In this document: piece by piece, positions 1-13,449 of the stretch
Layout: each line of letters begins with the position of its first letter
How positions within the stretch are numbered: position 1 is the stretch's first letter
Origin: Emiliania huxleyi CCMP1516
Taxonomy: Eukaryota
Assembly (NCBI RefSeq): GCF_000372725.1
Contig: NW_005201183.1
Span: forward strand, 129,972 to 193,971
DNA: 64,000 nucleotides
Direction: 5' to 3'
Made by a program: the position numbers and the translations under genes
The notes under the pieces: generated by a model
Told to the model about the DNA's origin: nothing
The model's input: the letters and a program-made list of their open reading frames with translations, nothing else
The model's database searches: none

Positions 1-476
1 AAGGATTCACGCCTCGGGTTCCGGCTCCTTGCCAGATAGGGGGTCTGCTAACGGCTACCTACCTATCCCCAGGCCGCGCAGCGTAGCGAACAAAGATGAA
101 AATAGGGGGTACCTACGTGTTGCAGGGCCCTGGGGCGTTGTACCTTGAGCATACAAGGAAAATCGCAAACCCCGTCAGCACACTACAGCAGTCCTCCTCC
201 GGGAATGTACGTATAAGAGCTACATACACTGAAAATCTCTGGAAAGGAGGCGTTCCCCCACAACTCTCCACCACAGCTCTCCGCAAGTGTTCTGTGATCC
301 AAAATAAAACCGCGCGGGACCACCACGCACCAGCCGGGCGAAACGCTGACGGTTCCGTTCCGGCCATGGAGACGCATATGGAGAGTTGCTCAAGTGAAGG
401 TGTGAAGCCGGAGCCAGACTCCGAGAGAGACGTCTCTCGACGAGTCCACTACCTCGGATCGCGAGCCGTGCGCATG

Positions 477-1442
477 TCAGTCGTTGTTTTCCCAGTACTC
501 GGCCTCGCAGCGCTTGCAGTAGAACTCGGCCTCAGGCGTCTCGTCGTCCTGTCGGCCGCAGCTGTCACAAAACTTGCCTCCGCAGCCGAAGCAAGTCCCC
601 GGGATGTTTTCGCAGACATCGCAGCGCCACATCCCGCGGCACTGATCTCCGTTGTCACAGGAGTATTTCTTGGGCAGGTCGGTAGCGCACGCCTCGCAGG
701 CGGTGAACGAGCACGCCGTACAGAAGTAGAAGCCGGCGCAGCTTGTGCAGTGGGTCTTGAGGCAGACCGAGCATTCCTCGACGGCTGCGCCGCTGTCTGA
801 CGCGGAGTCCTCGTCGCTGCCGTCGCACATGCAGCACGCCTGCTGTCCCATCGCCTTCAGAGACAGCATTGTGCCCCTGATGCGCCGTTCCGTCGCCTCG
901 TCGGACACGAGCGGCACCCACGGGTGGCCCACGCTGTCTGGCTCCATGACTGTGGGTAGGAAAACATGAATGCCGTGGCCGCCTGCGGTGTCGCCTTCCT
1001 CGAGGCTCGTCAGCAGCGTCACGAGCGCCTCGCCGTCCCAGTATGTGCGCTCATTTGGGTAGTGCGCGCAAGGCCCGTGTGTCTGGCGCAGATCGAGGGT
1101 GATGAGCGCACCCGAGCACAGAGGGAGAAGGCCGCGGCCGCTGATGTCGCTGAAGTGGAGGCGGAGCAGCGTCGTGCACTCTTTGGCGTGCACGCGTGTG
1201 AGTAGGGCCGCCAGCTGGCAGTCTGTGATCACCTTGGAGGCGGCCTTGGGGAAGACGATGTGAGACCAGAGGCGTCGCTCGTTGTTGATCAGCGCCTCAA
1301 ACTGCTTGCACGCCGAGCTCGCGTGGATGAGGTCTTCGAGCTTGAGGAATGAAAACGTGTGCGTCAGGTGGTCGTCGATCAAGGAGACGAGAGTCGTGTC
1401 CACGGCCTGCTGGGCGACGGCTGTCGTGGACGCCGTCGCCAT
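477..1442 (-). CDS. F-box-like protein with Cys-rich (CxxC-repeat, zinc-finger-like) C-terminus, intronless
   Basis: ORF from ATG 1442 (MATASTT). LIDDHLTHTFSFLKLEDLIHASSACKQF..LW resembles an F-box. The C-terminal ~120 aa contain many CxxC pairs. Confidence 0.65.
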   Translation of the reverse strand: MATASTTAVAQQAVDTTLVSLIDDHLTHTFSFLKLEDLIHASSACKQFEALINNERRLWSHIVFPKAASKVITDCQLAALLTRVHAKECTTLLRLHFSDISGRGLLPLCSGALITLDLRQTHGPCAHYPNERTYWDGEALVTLLTSLEEGDTAGGHGIHVFLPTVMEPDSVGHPWVPLVSDEATERRIRGTMLSLKAMGQQACCMCDGSDEDSASDSGAAVEECSVCLKTHCTSCAGFYFCTACSFTACEACATDLPKKYSCDNGDQCRGMWRCDVCENIPGTCFGCGGKFCDSCGRQDDETPEAEFYCKRCEAEYWENND

Positions 1443-2898
1443 TTTGGCGAACGAGAGAGAAGCTGGCGATCCTCCAAAGCGTCCCTCCAGGCAAGCTGGC
1501 GTGAAACTCCGCCGTTTTTTCACGCAACACAAACAACTTTATTTTTCTCTTAGATCTATGCGACCTCCGGCGCCGCCGCTTCATCTGACGCGCGCGCGCT
1601 CGCGCGGCCCGCGCGCGCGGTCTCTCGGGAACCGTACCCAATACTACTCAAAAGTACAATATACTCCCACAAAGCACCACTAGCGATTTCGCGCGGAGGG
1701 TCCAGACGCGCAGGCCATCCCTTTCCACATCGAGCGCCGCGTGCCGTGCGCCGACCCGTTTGTGAGCCGCTCGCTGACGTACACCGAGGGCAAGGCGGAG
1801 ATGGGGCACCTAAACTAACTACAAACTACGGGAGGCGTCCCTGATCGCATACGGGCCACAGAGGAGAGACGGAACGGTCAGCTGGGCAGGCGGACAGCGC
1901 AAGCTACGCGGGCTCGTGCAACAAGGGCTCGAACGGTTCACCATCCGAGAAGCCATCACGAGCGCGGGGCACGACGTCGGCAACCTCATCGTCCACATGC
2001 CGGAGGAGCTACCGCACGCGTCGTTGCGTTGGGCTTGCCATTACGAGCGTTTTCGTCCCGGACTCGAGTCCCAGACAAAGGGTATAAGAAGGAGGCGTCC
2101 CGGACTCGAGCGAGTCCCGGACAACTCTCGCTGGGCAGGGGGGGGGGGGGGGGGCGCATGGGCGAACGAAAATCGCATGAAGGTGTCACCAGTCGAGGCC
2201 CCCGTTCCAAATCCGAAGAGTTTTCAGGTGGACCATCAATAGTTACCGAGATATGGCCGCTCAAAGTCTGAGACCTGTCACAAAAGTGATGCACGTATAT
2301 CGTATTGGGAGCGCGACTGTCACGCACGCGTGCAATGCGAAGCTCTGTCCCGGACGGACGGAGGTGATCTGAGGCGGTGCGAGCGCCAGCGCCAGCGCGA
2401 TCGATGGGGATCGAAATGCATTTTCGGGCGGCTGCGCTGCGCTGGCTTTGGCCGAGCTTTCTGTCTGTCTGTCTGTCTGTGACTCGCGGCGCTGAGCGGA
2501 GCAGTAATAATATCGTTGGCCGAAGCCTCTCGTTGGCCGAAGCCTCGTTGGCCGAAGCCCGGTGGCCGAAGCCTCTTTAGATGAGCCGAGATTGAGATGA
2601 GGGCAGCAGGGACGGAGCGCGAGTGTGAGTGCAGTGCAAGTGCAAGTGCGGGGGCGGGGGCGGGCGGGCGAGGGCGGGCGGGCGAGGGCGGGCGGGAGAG
2701 GGCGAGCGGGCGAGGGCGGGCGGGGGCAGTGGTCAGTGCTGGGGTGGTGCTGTGGTGGGAGGATTGAGAATAAGATGAATCGATAGAACTCGCACAAAGG
2801 CTGCCGCGGCCGCGCGGCGAGCTCCAACTGTTTTGGCCCGGCGGCCCGCGTTTTTCTTTCGAACGGGGAAGCTCGCTGTGAGCGAGGCCTCCGTCGAC

Positions 2899-3589
2899 AT
2901 GCTCTCGTTCCTCTCCATCGGCTGGTCGCCGACTCGCGCGCCGGCCATCGGTCTCGCGCGTGCCGCGGTGACGCTCGACGTGGCCGCGGGCGATATGTCG
3001 TACCGAGAGCTCCAGCAGGCCTGCAAGGTGCGCTCGAGTAGACCAGCGTGGCCGTCTCTATCTCTCTCTCTCTCGATGCATGTACAGCAGCACCTTCACC
3101 GGCCCTGTGCCGCGCAGGAGGCGGGGCTGCCGGCGAGCGGCAAAGCCGACGAGCTGCGGACGCGGCTGCTCGAGGCTGAGGCGGCGCCTGCTACGGCAGG
3201 TGGCGGGGAGGGCGGCTTCGAGTTCGAGGAGGCGGACGAGCTCGACCTCGGCGACCTGCTCGACGTGCCGCCGCCTGCGCTCGACGCCGACGCCGAGGCG
3301 GACCTCTTCTTCGACGCGGGCGCGGGGTGGGACGGGCCGGACGATCTCGACGCAGTGCTGGGCGAGCTGGAGGGGATGGGGAGGGTTGGGCTCGACGCGC
3401 CGGAGGGAGGCGGCGGCGGCGGCGACCCCGCCATGATGAAGTGGGCCGAGGGGCTCGACTCGCTGCCCGACAGCGGAGGAGGAGGGGGGGGAGGAGGAGG
3501 AGGGGGAGGGGGAGGAGGGGCGTCTTGGGTTGACGACCTATTTGCGTCGGCGGAGCGCGAGGCGGCGGGCGGCGGGCGGGGGGGGCGCG

Positions 3590-3625
<36 letters not shown>

Positions 3626-5595
3626 AGGGCAGGTACACTGGCACTGGCGGCTACCGGCGGGGCAGCGCCGACCTCGACTCGACCTGGTACGACGGGGCAC
3701 CGGCTGGCCTCTCGGCGGAGGATGGCGCGCTTGCGAGCACGAGCATCCCCAAAACACCCATTAGCCAATTCAACACCCGTACGGTGGAAAGTGACACACC
3801 CACTAGGTCTACTGAGCCAGCCTGGGCACTAGGCGCGCTCCACGACGCGGTGACGCAAGCGGCGCTCGGAGGAGAGCACCAGAAGGCGAATGCCTACCTC
3901 CTCCCCGCCTCCCCCCCTCCCCCCCCCCTGCCTCCCCCCCCCCTGCCTCCCCGCCTCCCCGCCTCCCCCCCCCTCCCCGCCTCCCCCCCCTCCCCGCTGC
4001 CCCGCTGCCCCTCCTCCGACCCTCCTCCGACCCTCCTCGGACCCTTCTCGGACCCTCTCGGACCCTCCTCGGACCCTTCTCGGACCCTCTCGGACCCTTC
4101 TCGGACCCTCCTCGGACCCCTCTCGGACCCTTCTCGGACCCTCCTCGGACCCCTCTCGGACCCTCCTCGGACCCTCCTCGGACCCTCCTCGGACCCTTCT
4201 CGGACCCTTCTCGGACCCTTCTCGGACCCTCCTCGGACCCTTCTCGGACCCTCTCGGACCCTCCTCGGACCCTCCTCGGACCCTTCTCGGACCCTCCTCG
4301 GACCCTCCTCGGACCCTCCTCGGACCCTCCTCGGACCCTTCTCGGACCCTCCTCGGACCCTCCTCGGACCCTTCTCGGACCCTCCTCGGACCCTTCTCGG
4401 ACCCTCCTCGGACCCTTCTCGGACCCTTCTCGGACCCTCTCGGACCCTTCTCGGACCCTCCTCCTCACTAGGTGCTCCGCCTCGCTCACAAGTGGGACCA
4501 GGCGGGTCTCCCGCCGGACGCGGCCATCGGCTGGGCCACCGTCAAGGCGGCCGCGTAGCCCTGACCCTAGCCCTGACCCTGACCCTAACCCTACCCCTAA
4601 CCATCGGCTGGGCCACCGTCAAGGCGGCCGCGTAGCCCTGACCCTAGCCCTAGCCCTGACCCTGACCCTAACCCTACCCCTAACCATCGGCTGGGCCACC
4701 GTCAAGGCGGCCGCGTAGCCCTGACCCTAGCCCTAGCCCTGACCCTGACCCTGACCCTAACCCTGCCCCTAACCATCGGCTGGGCCACCGTCAAGGCGGC
4801 CGCGTAGCCCTGACCCTAGCCCTGACCCTGACCCTGACCCTACCCCTAACCATCGGCTGGGCCACCGTCAAGGCGGCCGCGTAGCCCTGACCCTAGCCCT
4901 AGCCCTGACCCTGACCCTAACCCTACCCCTAACCATCGGCTGGGCCACCGTCAAGGCCGCCGCACGAGGCGTGTGGGAAGTCGGCGACCTTTCCTAGACC
5001 CGTCCTGGACCCTTCCCGCAGGCGGCCGCCGCACGAGGCGTGTGGGAAGTCGGCGCCGCGATGCTCAACGACCTCGAGTCTGCGGGCGTGCCTCTCACGC
5101 CGCACCACTTCGAGTGCGTGCTGCGCGCGTGCGACCGAAAGGCGCGGTGGCAGGAGGCGCTCGCCCTTCTCGGGAGAATGCAGGCCGCTTCCCTTCGCCC
5201 GACGAGCGCCGCGCTCGAGTGCGCCCTCCGCGCGTGCTCAAAGGCGACTCTCGGGTCCTCTCGGGGTCACCTCGGGGTACCCTCGGGTCACCTCGGGGCG
5301 TCTGGGATAGGCGGACCAGCAAGAGATGGCGGGCCGCGTGTCGGAGAGGGGACCACGCCCCGGCTCCGACACTGCCTTTACGGGGCCTGGTGGCGCGTGA
5401 ACAGGTGGAGGCCGTGTGGGAGGTGTTGCGCGCTGAGGTCGCCAACCCGTCCGCCCCGCTGCGCCCTCCGATGCGCACGTACAACACGCTGATGCGCGCG
5501 CTCTCTGGCGGCATCGGGCCGAAGCGGGTGGACGGCGCGCGGAGGAGAGGCGCCGAGCAGGCGCCGGCCCCCCGCCCGCTTGCTCCCCCCCCCCC

Positions 5596-5639
<44 letters not shown>

Positions 5640-7814
5640 ACACCACCCCCACCCCCTGCCGAGAGGCTCGCCTCGACACGCAGGCGGTCCGGCTCCGCCT
5701 CCCGCTCGACGAGACGGCGTACAAGCACGCCCTCCGCGCCTGCGACCTGCTCGGCGAGTGGAGGCGCGGGAGTGGGGAGATGTCGGGAGATGTCGGGAGA
5801 TGTGGGGAGATGTGGGGAGACGTGGGGAGATTGCGGCCTGTCGAGACTCCTCCTCGGCTACCTCTCCCCGCACCTCGGCCGCACACCTCGGCTGCGCACC
5901 CTCTACACACCTCTACATCGGCAACACACCTCGGGCTACACACATTGCACCCATCGGGCTGCACCGCCTCCGCTGCACCTCCTCCGCTGCACCGCCTCTG
6001 CTGCACCGCCTCTGCTGCACCGCCTCTGCTGCACCGCCTCCCAGGCGCGCCCTCGATCTGCTCGACGAGTCGCGCGCCGCGGGCGTGCCCGCCGACGTGC
6101 TGAGCTACGGCAACGCTATGTCTGCTTGCGCGCGCAACGGGCGGGTCGGCAACGTGCTGCAGCTGCTCGACAAGATGCGCGCCGACGGGCTGCAGCCGAA
6201 CGCCTTCTGCTACAACTCCGCGCTCATCGCGTGCACGCGCGCCTCGCGGCTGCCGCAGGTCCTGCGGCCCGGCATTGTCAGCCACGAGAGTCACGAGTCG
6301 CCATCACCACTGCGCGCCTCGCGGCCACCACACAGGCCTTTCCTAGACCTTTCCTAGACTGTTCCTAGACCTTTCGCGGCCACCACACAGGCTCTCTCCA
6401 TCTTGCGCGAGATGGAGGTTGAGGGCGGCGTCGAGCCGACCACCCACTCGTACGCCGCGCTGCTCCGCGCCTGCTCCGGCGCGGCGGGGCGGCGGGCGGC
6501 GGCCAGCACCTCTCCGGAGCTTTCTCGGAGCTTTCTCGGAGCCCTCCTGGTAGGCGCGGGCGACTGGCGGACGGCGGTGCAGCTGCTGCGGCGCATGGAG
6601 CGGCTCGAGCTCAAGGCGGAGGCGGTGCACCACGGCCTCGCCATCAGCCAGCCCGTCACTCAGGAGTGTGGCCACTCGTTACCTCAGGCGGAGGCGGTGC
6701 ACTACGGCCTCGCCATCAACGCGTGTTCGCGCGGCGGCGAGGACGGCAAGATCATGTCGCTGCTGCGCGAGATGCAGGGCATGGGGCTCCACCCGGACGT
6801 GGCAACCTTCACCACCGCCCTCTCCGTCTGCGCGGCAAACAACCAGCTGCCGCGCGCGCTCTCGCTCATCGAGCGCATGTACTCGCTCGAGGTGGCGCCC
6901 GACGTCGCGACGTACAACGTGCTGCTGCAGGCGTGCGACCTTTCCTAGACCTTTCCTACACCTCTCCTAGACCTTTCCTAGACCTTTCCTAGACCTTTCC
7001 TAGACTTGCTGCAGGCGTGCGACCGCGCCGCAAAGCACACCGAGATGGTCGGTCTGGTCCAGTCCATGCCAAAGCTCGGCGTGGAGCCAAACGTCGTCAA
7101 CTACAACACCGCCATCCGCGCGCTCGGCCGCGCCGGCGACCTCAAGCGCGTGGCTGAGATGTTCAGCCTCATGCGCTCGCGCGGCCTCGAGCCCGAGGTG
7201 TCCGCCTCCCGCAATCTCGGCTGCCCCTCGGCTGCCCCTCGGCTGCCCCTCGGCTGCCCTTCGCCTGCCCTTCGCCTGCCCTTCGCCTGAGCTTCGCTGT
7301 GTCTCGGCTGAGCCTCGGCTGAGCCTCGCCCAATCCATCCCACAGGTGTCCACCTTCCGCGCCGCAATCAACGGCACTTGCGACGCGGCCGTCGCCGGGC
7401 GACCCCCCCCCCCCCNNNNNNNNNNNNNNNNNNNNNNNNNNNNNNNNNNNNNNNNNNNNNNNNNNNNNNNNNNNNNNNNNNNNNNNNNNNNNNNNNNNNN
7501 NNNNNNNNNNNNNNNGCCGCCTCCGCGAGATGCGCGAGCTCGGCCTGCAGCCCGATGTGGCGATCCAGCACTCCCTCCTCTCCGCCGCCGCCGCCGACCC
7601 GCAGAGGCACGCCGCCGTCGAGTCCGAGCTCGGCGTCGACGCGGAGGCGGTGATGGCCGCTGCGGCGGAGGCGCACGACCGGCGCGGCGCCGGTCGTGGG
7701 CGCGGGTGGCGCGGGCGCGGTGGGCGCGGTGGGCGGGGCGGGCGGGGCGGGCGCGGGCGAGGCAGCCCCGAATGGAGCCGGAGGGAGGGGTACGAGGCCG
7801 TGCGCTCGCAGTGA
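2899..7814 (+). CDS. Multi-exon pentatricopeptide-repeat (PPR) protein with N-terminal SAP domain and probable organelle-targeting leader
   Basis: Splicing 3028-3117 gives SYRELQQACKEAGLPASGKADELRTRLL (SAP). PPR motifs include DVLSYGNAMSACARNG, PNAFCYNSALIAC, PDVATFTTALSVC, PDVATYNVLLQAC and PNVVNYNTAIRALGRAG. Inferred introns include 3886-4471, 4547-5021, 6616-6687, 6931-7014 and 7198-7345. The gene spans an N-gap. Confidence 0.85.
4020..4460 (+). repeat. Intronic ~11-nt tandem repeat (CTCGGACCCTY)n
   Basis: Directly visible; lies inside the inferred GC-AG intron 3886-4471. Confidence 0.95.
4524..4962 (+). repeat. Minisatellite: six copies of a ~31-nt exon-junction sequence separated by telomere-like CCCTRR hexamers
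   Basis: CCATCGGCTGGGCCACCGTCAAGGC(GGCCGC) starts at 4524, 4601, 4684, 4773, 4850 and 4933. Spacers are built mostly of CCCTGA/CCCTAG/CCCTAA. Confidence 0.95.
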
Positions 7815-10357
7815 GGCCGGGGGGGCAGCGGAGGAGAGAGGCGCCGCATCCATCTCCGGCACTGGGCCCTCCGGCTCCGCAGGCCAAAAAACGCATACTT
7901 TTGTCCACCTACCAAGAAGGGTAACTTGCGGTTGTGAACAGAGTCGTTTTGGTTATATCCGCATGTTACATACAATCGCGAGGACGCGCAAACTATATTT
8001 AGTCTTTATTTACATGCAATCCATCATGCAACATCATCCAAGTTCCAACATGCTACATGGCGTGGGCACACATGACACATAGATTGATCTTTGATGCGGG
8101 GTCCTTGCGGAATTCTCACTCTACCCCTCTCCGTGGAACTAAGAAGGGGATATGGGAGCGAGGGTGGGATCAGAGAATCGAGGCCACTGGCCTCTGCTCC
8201 CGCCTGGGATCGCCCATTGCGACCCAGAGCTCTGAGAGACATCGCGAAACCGCGCCAATAAGTTGGATGCTGCCGATAAGTTCGCGCGACGGCGGCGCGG
8301 CGTGCAATAATTGCAAATAGGAAACCGCGCCAGACCATCAGCGCCTCACACGGCGGACACCAGCAATATCAATAATTGACTTGGGCCGCCATGGTAGGAC
8401 GCCGCCCTGAATGATGACGGCAAAGGCAACCCGAATAATAATAGCCATTGCTACGCCGCATCGCGGCTTGGGGCCTGCTGCCCATCTGGACCAACGAATC
8501 CCCCCTCACTGCTGGACGACCACCCTGGAGGAAGTAGAATGTCGCCATTGTAGCCGCGGACGCGTAACCCCATGACTTGGCATACAAAATCATCCCGCGG
8601 TGTACCTGTGTTAAGTGCCAGTGCGCGCCAGTCAGTCCCGTGCCCAGTGTCGTGCGAGGCGCTAGCTGGTAAACAGTAGGGGGAGGGCTCCCAGGGCTTC
8701 GAGGTTTTTTCAGTGGTTTTTATCGTGCGCTGCTCACTCACTATACACTGAGTGGAGAGAGAGAGTACACCACACACACAAACACTACTCCCCAACACGC
8801 GGCTACGTAGCCAGGCCTGCCTGCTACACGATGGCGACGTTCTATCAGGGTTCTGACTGCGTGCTTTTGCTGCCTCCCGCTTGGAGTTGGCAGTAAAGCA
8901 AGTGGGTGGAAGCGGGGGCGACAGGGACGGCGGCGGCGGCGGCAGGGGGCTGGGGGTTCGGCGATGCCGAGGTGTGTGCCCATGTTTGTGCGTGGGGGGC
9001 GTTGCACGCCGCGGATCAGGCCGGGCGGCGGGGAGGAATCGGACGGCGACGGCGGCGGCAGGGACAGGGGCAGTGGCGGTGACCCAGGGATGGTGGCGAC
9101 CGCCGCGAGCGGGACGCGCAGCCGGCGAGGCGAGGTGGCAGGTGGGCGCGACCGTTGCGCGCTGCTCGAGTGCGCACGACAAAGCAGCTCTGATGCAGCC
9201 ATGGTGACCTGCGTGCGCGGGGACGGCAAGGGTCGCGCCGCAGCCCGTGCTCACCGGGGGCTCAGTCTCGATGGGGAGTCGGGGGAGAGAGAGATGACGA
9301 TCGGCTGGCGACCCGTTAGGGTCGACAGTTGAGCTAGGGAGTGTGGTGATGGCCGACCAAATGCGAACGCAGGAGATAAAGTGCTTTGCGGCGACGTTCC
9401 GAGGGTAGGATCAAGTCGGCGCTCGGTTTCATTACAAGGCTCCTTGCCACGTGGAGTTTACGTGCGTCCTCGGGGACAGGCGTAGCCGAGCTGTCGTGAG
9501 GGAGACAGAGAGTCGTCTCCCTCGCTGCGCGTTTCCCCACCCACCCGCCCTGTGATGGTTTCTTGCCCACCCACTGTCTGTGGTGTGGTGTGGGTTGTCT
9601 CTGTTGTGGGGTTGGGTGCGCTCGCCCGAGGTCCTAACCAGGCCTCGGTCCAGCGCCCAGGGGTCTCAGACCTTTGGCTTTCCCCCCTATGCTATTGTTG
9701 GTCGTGACGACCATTTAGATTGGTTATCTACAAGTTCGCCAAAGCCTCAACATACTCAGCAGCCAGGCCCGCGTACCGGTAATGCGAGACGACATTGACA
9801 GTTGGGCCGCCCGCGGCTTGCAGAGCGTTTGAGTGTTGTCGGGCTACGTGCGCATGTCGCGGGCGACGCCCGTCCGCAGCTGACACGTCGTGGTGACGAT
9901 GATGGCGAGGAGCATCACGGTGGAGAGGAGCGGCACGGCCCTGTTTGGGCTCGCTCGAGTTAGCGGTCTAGGCATGGGCATGGGCATGGGCACATTTCAT
10001 TTATCAGGGCTTCAGAGATGAACCTGGAAGAACTTTTTTTCTGGTATTTGTTGAGCACTCTCTGGTCACCTTCGCCGGGCGAGCCTGGCTCTCGCTGCGC
10101 AGCGGCGCGACCCGCGGTGAGGCTGCCGATCGTCGAACTGGGCTTATAGCTCTCAGTCAAGATATTGTGCACATGGTCGGTCTCTACAATACCTTGGCTG
10201 AGCACGACTGATGAATCAGCAGCAGGGAGACAGTAGGCTCGCTGTGTGAGTCGGCCAGTCAGAGGTCAGAACCTGGGCGAGATTTTTGTTTTTTCCATGA
10301 AACGCCGAGCCCACACCCAAACCGCCAGCACACCGCGCCGCAAGCCGAAAAGCAAGC

Positions 10358-12881
10358 ATGCCTACTTTTTGCATGCCGTGGCTCGCAGCGGGTCCGCCGA
10401 AGGTCGCCGCCGCAGTCGCCGCCTTGGCCGTCGTCGGCACGGTGACGTGGCGCCGCAACTTAAAGGCTTGGCCACCGTCGCTTGCGGTTTGGGTCACTGT
10501 CGCTGGCGGCGCCGCGCTTGTTGCAGCCTCAACGACCGTGCTCTTCATCACAGCTGCCTTCCTCGTCGCCGCCGTTTGCAGCTGGCGGCTGTTCGGGATG
10601 GCTGGCGGCCGAGACGACAAGAGCAGCTCGAGATCCGCCGCCTCGCTCGAGCCTGCCGAACGTCGTTGCCGCCATCGCACGCCGTCTCAGATTCACCACC
10701 AGCAGTTCAATTCGCATAGCTGCTTGGTCCTGCTTTGCGCCTTTGGTATGCTTGCTCCTTGCGAGGCTCGTCCGTCGCCACCTGTGTTCCCGTCGCAGCC
10801 ATCCCCGCACGCTCGACGCGAGCTCAACGACCGTCGCCTCAGCCCGGCGGTCTTCGACTACGCCGATCCGAAGGAGGTCGCCACGCGGCTCAACTGCACC
10901 TTTGCCGGCGTCATCGCCGAGGACCACTTCGACGCGGGCATCGGCGCGGCCTTTGGCGTCTGCGAGGACGTCGCCGCGCCGCACACGCTGCACAAGCTCG
11001 CGATCGCGACGCAGTGCGCCGACTTTGCCTACGGCGCGCGGCTCTCGCTCGAGGTGCGGCGCGTCGTGCGGGCGGCGCTCGTCGCCGCCGAGGCCGCCGC
11101 ACGCAACTCGACGCTCGCCACAAGCACGACCGCCTCCGCGTCCTGGGGCATCGTGCGCGTGCTCTCGAACGTGCCCGCCACCACCACGCCCACCACCATC
11201 GGCGGCTTGCCCGCGCCGTCGCCTCGCCTCGCGGCCAGCGCCGCCGCGACGGGGACGGCGGCCTTCTCCGTCGGGACGGCGGCCTTCTCCGTCGGCGCCG
11301 AGCCGCGCACTTTCCTCGCCATCCGCCTCGAGTACACCGACTACAGCCCCACCTACTGCTCCGAGGCGTGCGTGCGCGACGGCTTCACCCACCCGTCGGG
11401 CGTGCGCCAGCCGGGGACCGTCGAGTACGCCACCGAGCTCTCGTCATACGAGATCCTCGAGTGGACGTCCGTCGAGGTCGTCACGGTGCAGATGGGCCAG
11501 CCCGTCTCCGCCATCGCCGGCTGCGACATCTTCCAGCAGGTCCTCCCCGCGACGAGCCTTGCCCTCTCGCTCATGGCGACGCAGCACCCGAGCGTCTCGA
11601 CCACCTCGTCGACGCAACACATCGAGTTCTGGCTGCCGCACACCTCGGTCTCGCAGTGCTCGTGGGGCGGCCTCGGCCAGCTCGGCGGGCGGTACACGTG
11701 GGAGGTGCAGTACTCTGCGGGCGCCAACCGCAATGGCATCCGCGTGCACGAGCTCGGCCATAACCTCGGGCTGCACCACTCGGGGCAGATGGACGTCGAC
11801 GGCAACGCGCTCAACGAGTACGGCGACTACTCGGCGGTGATGGGCTCGAGCGCGCGCAACAACTGCCCGGGCTTCGTGCTGCCCAACCTGATCACGCTCG
11901 GCTGGCTCGAACGCAACACGCACACGCGCGACTGGGGCGGCGCGGCCGTCGTCGCCATCTCCGACCTTCGCGTCGACCCCTTTGCCTCCGGCTCCGCGGG
12001 CGGCGCGCTCGCGGCCGGCCGCACATACGGCGTGCGCCTCCCCGTGGCGGGATCGAACATGGCCGTGTGGGTCTCGTACCGCACGGGCGCAGGGCTCGAC
12101 GCCACCCTCTCGAGTGCGGTCAAGGGCCGGCTCTCGGTCCATTACGCGCCCGCCAATGGCGAGCGCAACACGCTCACGTATGCCCTCGGCTTCCCTGCCG
12201 TCGGCACGCCCTTTGTGGTACGGCCGCAGCGCGCGTGGGCCGCCTGCTCGAGCGGCGGATGCGTGCATGCGCTGCAGATGTGCACCGCCGGCGCCGCCGA
12301 GGCGATGGTCGCTCTCGTCGTCGAGGACTCGGACGACGCCGCCATCGCCGCCGCGCAGCGCCTGTGCGCCACGCCATCGCCGCCGCCTCCGTCCGCGGCT
12401 CTCATGGCTCCGCCATCCGCGCCACCATCCGCGCCCTCGCCAGTGACCTTTGTCGCTAGTGCACCCGGGGGCGACTGCATCGACGCGTGCTCCGCGCTCG
12501 GCTCCACCTGTGTGAAGGCTCGCTTCCCCCAGACGGCCGACACGATCGAGGCTGCGTTTGCATCGATGGGTCTCGGCACGTGCACGGCCTCGAGGCGTTG
12601 TGACGCGGGCGAGTGCCCGCTCCTCGGCTGGGACGGGACCATCACGGGATGCTACTACTGCCCCGACGAGAATTGGTACACAACCAACAACTGCTACTCC
12701 AAAGCTGGCAGCCGGGTGCGGATGTGCCCATGCAGCGGCGAGCTTGTCGTGCCGCCGCCACCGCCGCCATCGCCACCGCCGCCAGCACCTTTTCCATGTG
12801 CCAGCGCAGTCGACCTGGGGGTGCAGCAAACGACTGTTCCCTCACGTGAAGGCACAATCCTCTCTCGCCCTCTCACCCCCC
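10358..12881 (+). CDS. Zinc metalloprotease, gametolysin/peptidase M11-like, with Pro-rich linkers and Cys-rich module; 3' end in gap
   Basis: HELGHNLGLHH zinc-binding motif followed by EYGDYSAVMG (Met-turn region). Hydrophobic N-terminal segments and PPPSPPP linkers. True start uncertain. Confidence 0.75.
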
Positions 12882-13449
12882 NNNNNNNNNNNNNNNNNNN
12901 NNNNNNNNNNNNNNNNNNNNNNNNNNNNNNNNNNNNNNNNNNNNNNNNNNNNNNNNNNNNNNNNNNNNNNNNNNNNNNNNNNNNNNNNNNNNNNNNNNNN
13001 NNNNNNNNNNNNNNNNNNNNNNNNNNNNNNNNNNNNNNNNNNNNNNNNNNNNNNNNNNNNNNNNNNNNNNNNNNNNNNNNNNNNNNNNNNNNNNNNNNNN
13101 NNNNNNNNNNNNNNNNNNNNNNNNNNNNNNNNNNNNNNNNNNNNNNNNNNNNNNNNNNNNNNNNNNNNNNNNNNNNNNNNNNNNNNNNNNNNNNNNNNNN
13201 NNNNNNNNNNNNNNNNNNNNNNNNNTGGCGGCACTGGCGCGAGGTGCGTGGGCTCAGGCGGCGACGCGCCGGGGTCGGTCGGTGGCTCGGTCCGTGGTTC
13301 TGGGGGACGGTGGGGGTGGAGGGGGTTCTTGCCAGGGGCGTCTCGTACCTTTGCGAGGCGGCGCAGGTCTCGCGCGCTCGCGCCTCTCGCGCCTTTCGGC
13401 CGCGGGGGTTCGTAGAGTGCGCCAGGCAGCGTAGAGGGCGGGGGAGCGT

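Noticed and set aside
3809..4489. Long repetitive ORFs (PSSDPSRTLLG / RRVREGSE)
   Set aside because: Translations of an intronic 11-nt tandem repeat.
4524..4962. CRISPR-like array (31-nt repeat, 46-58 nt spacers)
   Set aside because: Spacers are near-identical hexamer runs, the repeat is exon sequence, the context is eukaryotic and no cas genes are seen.
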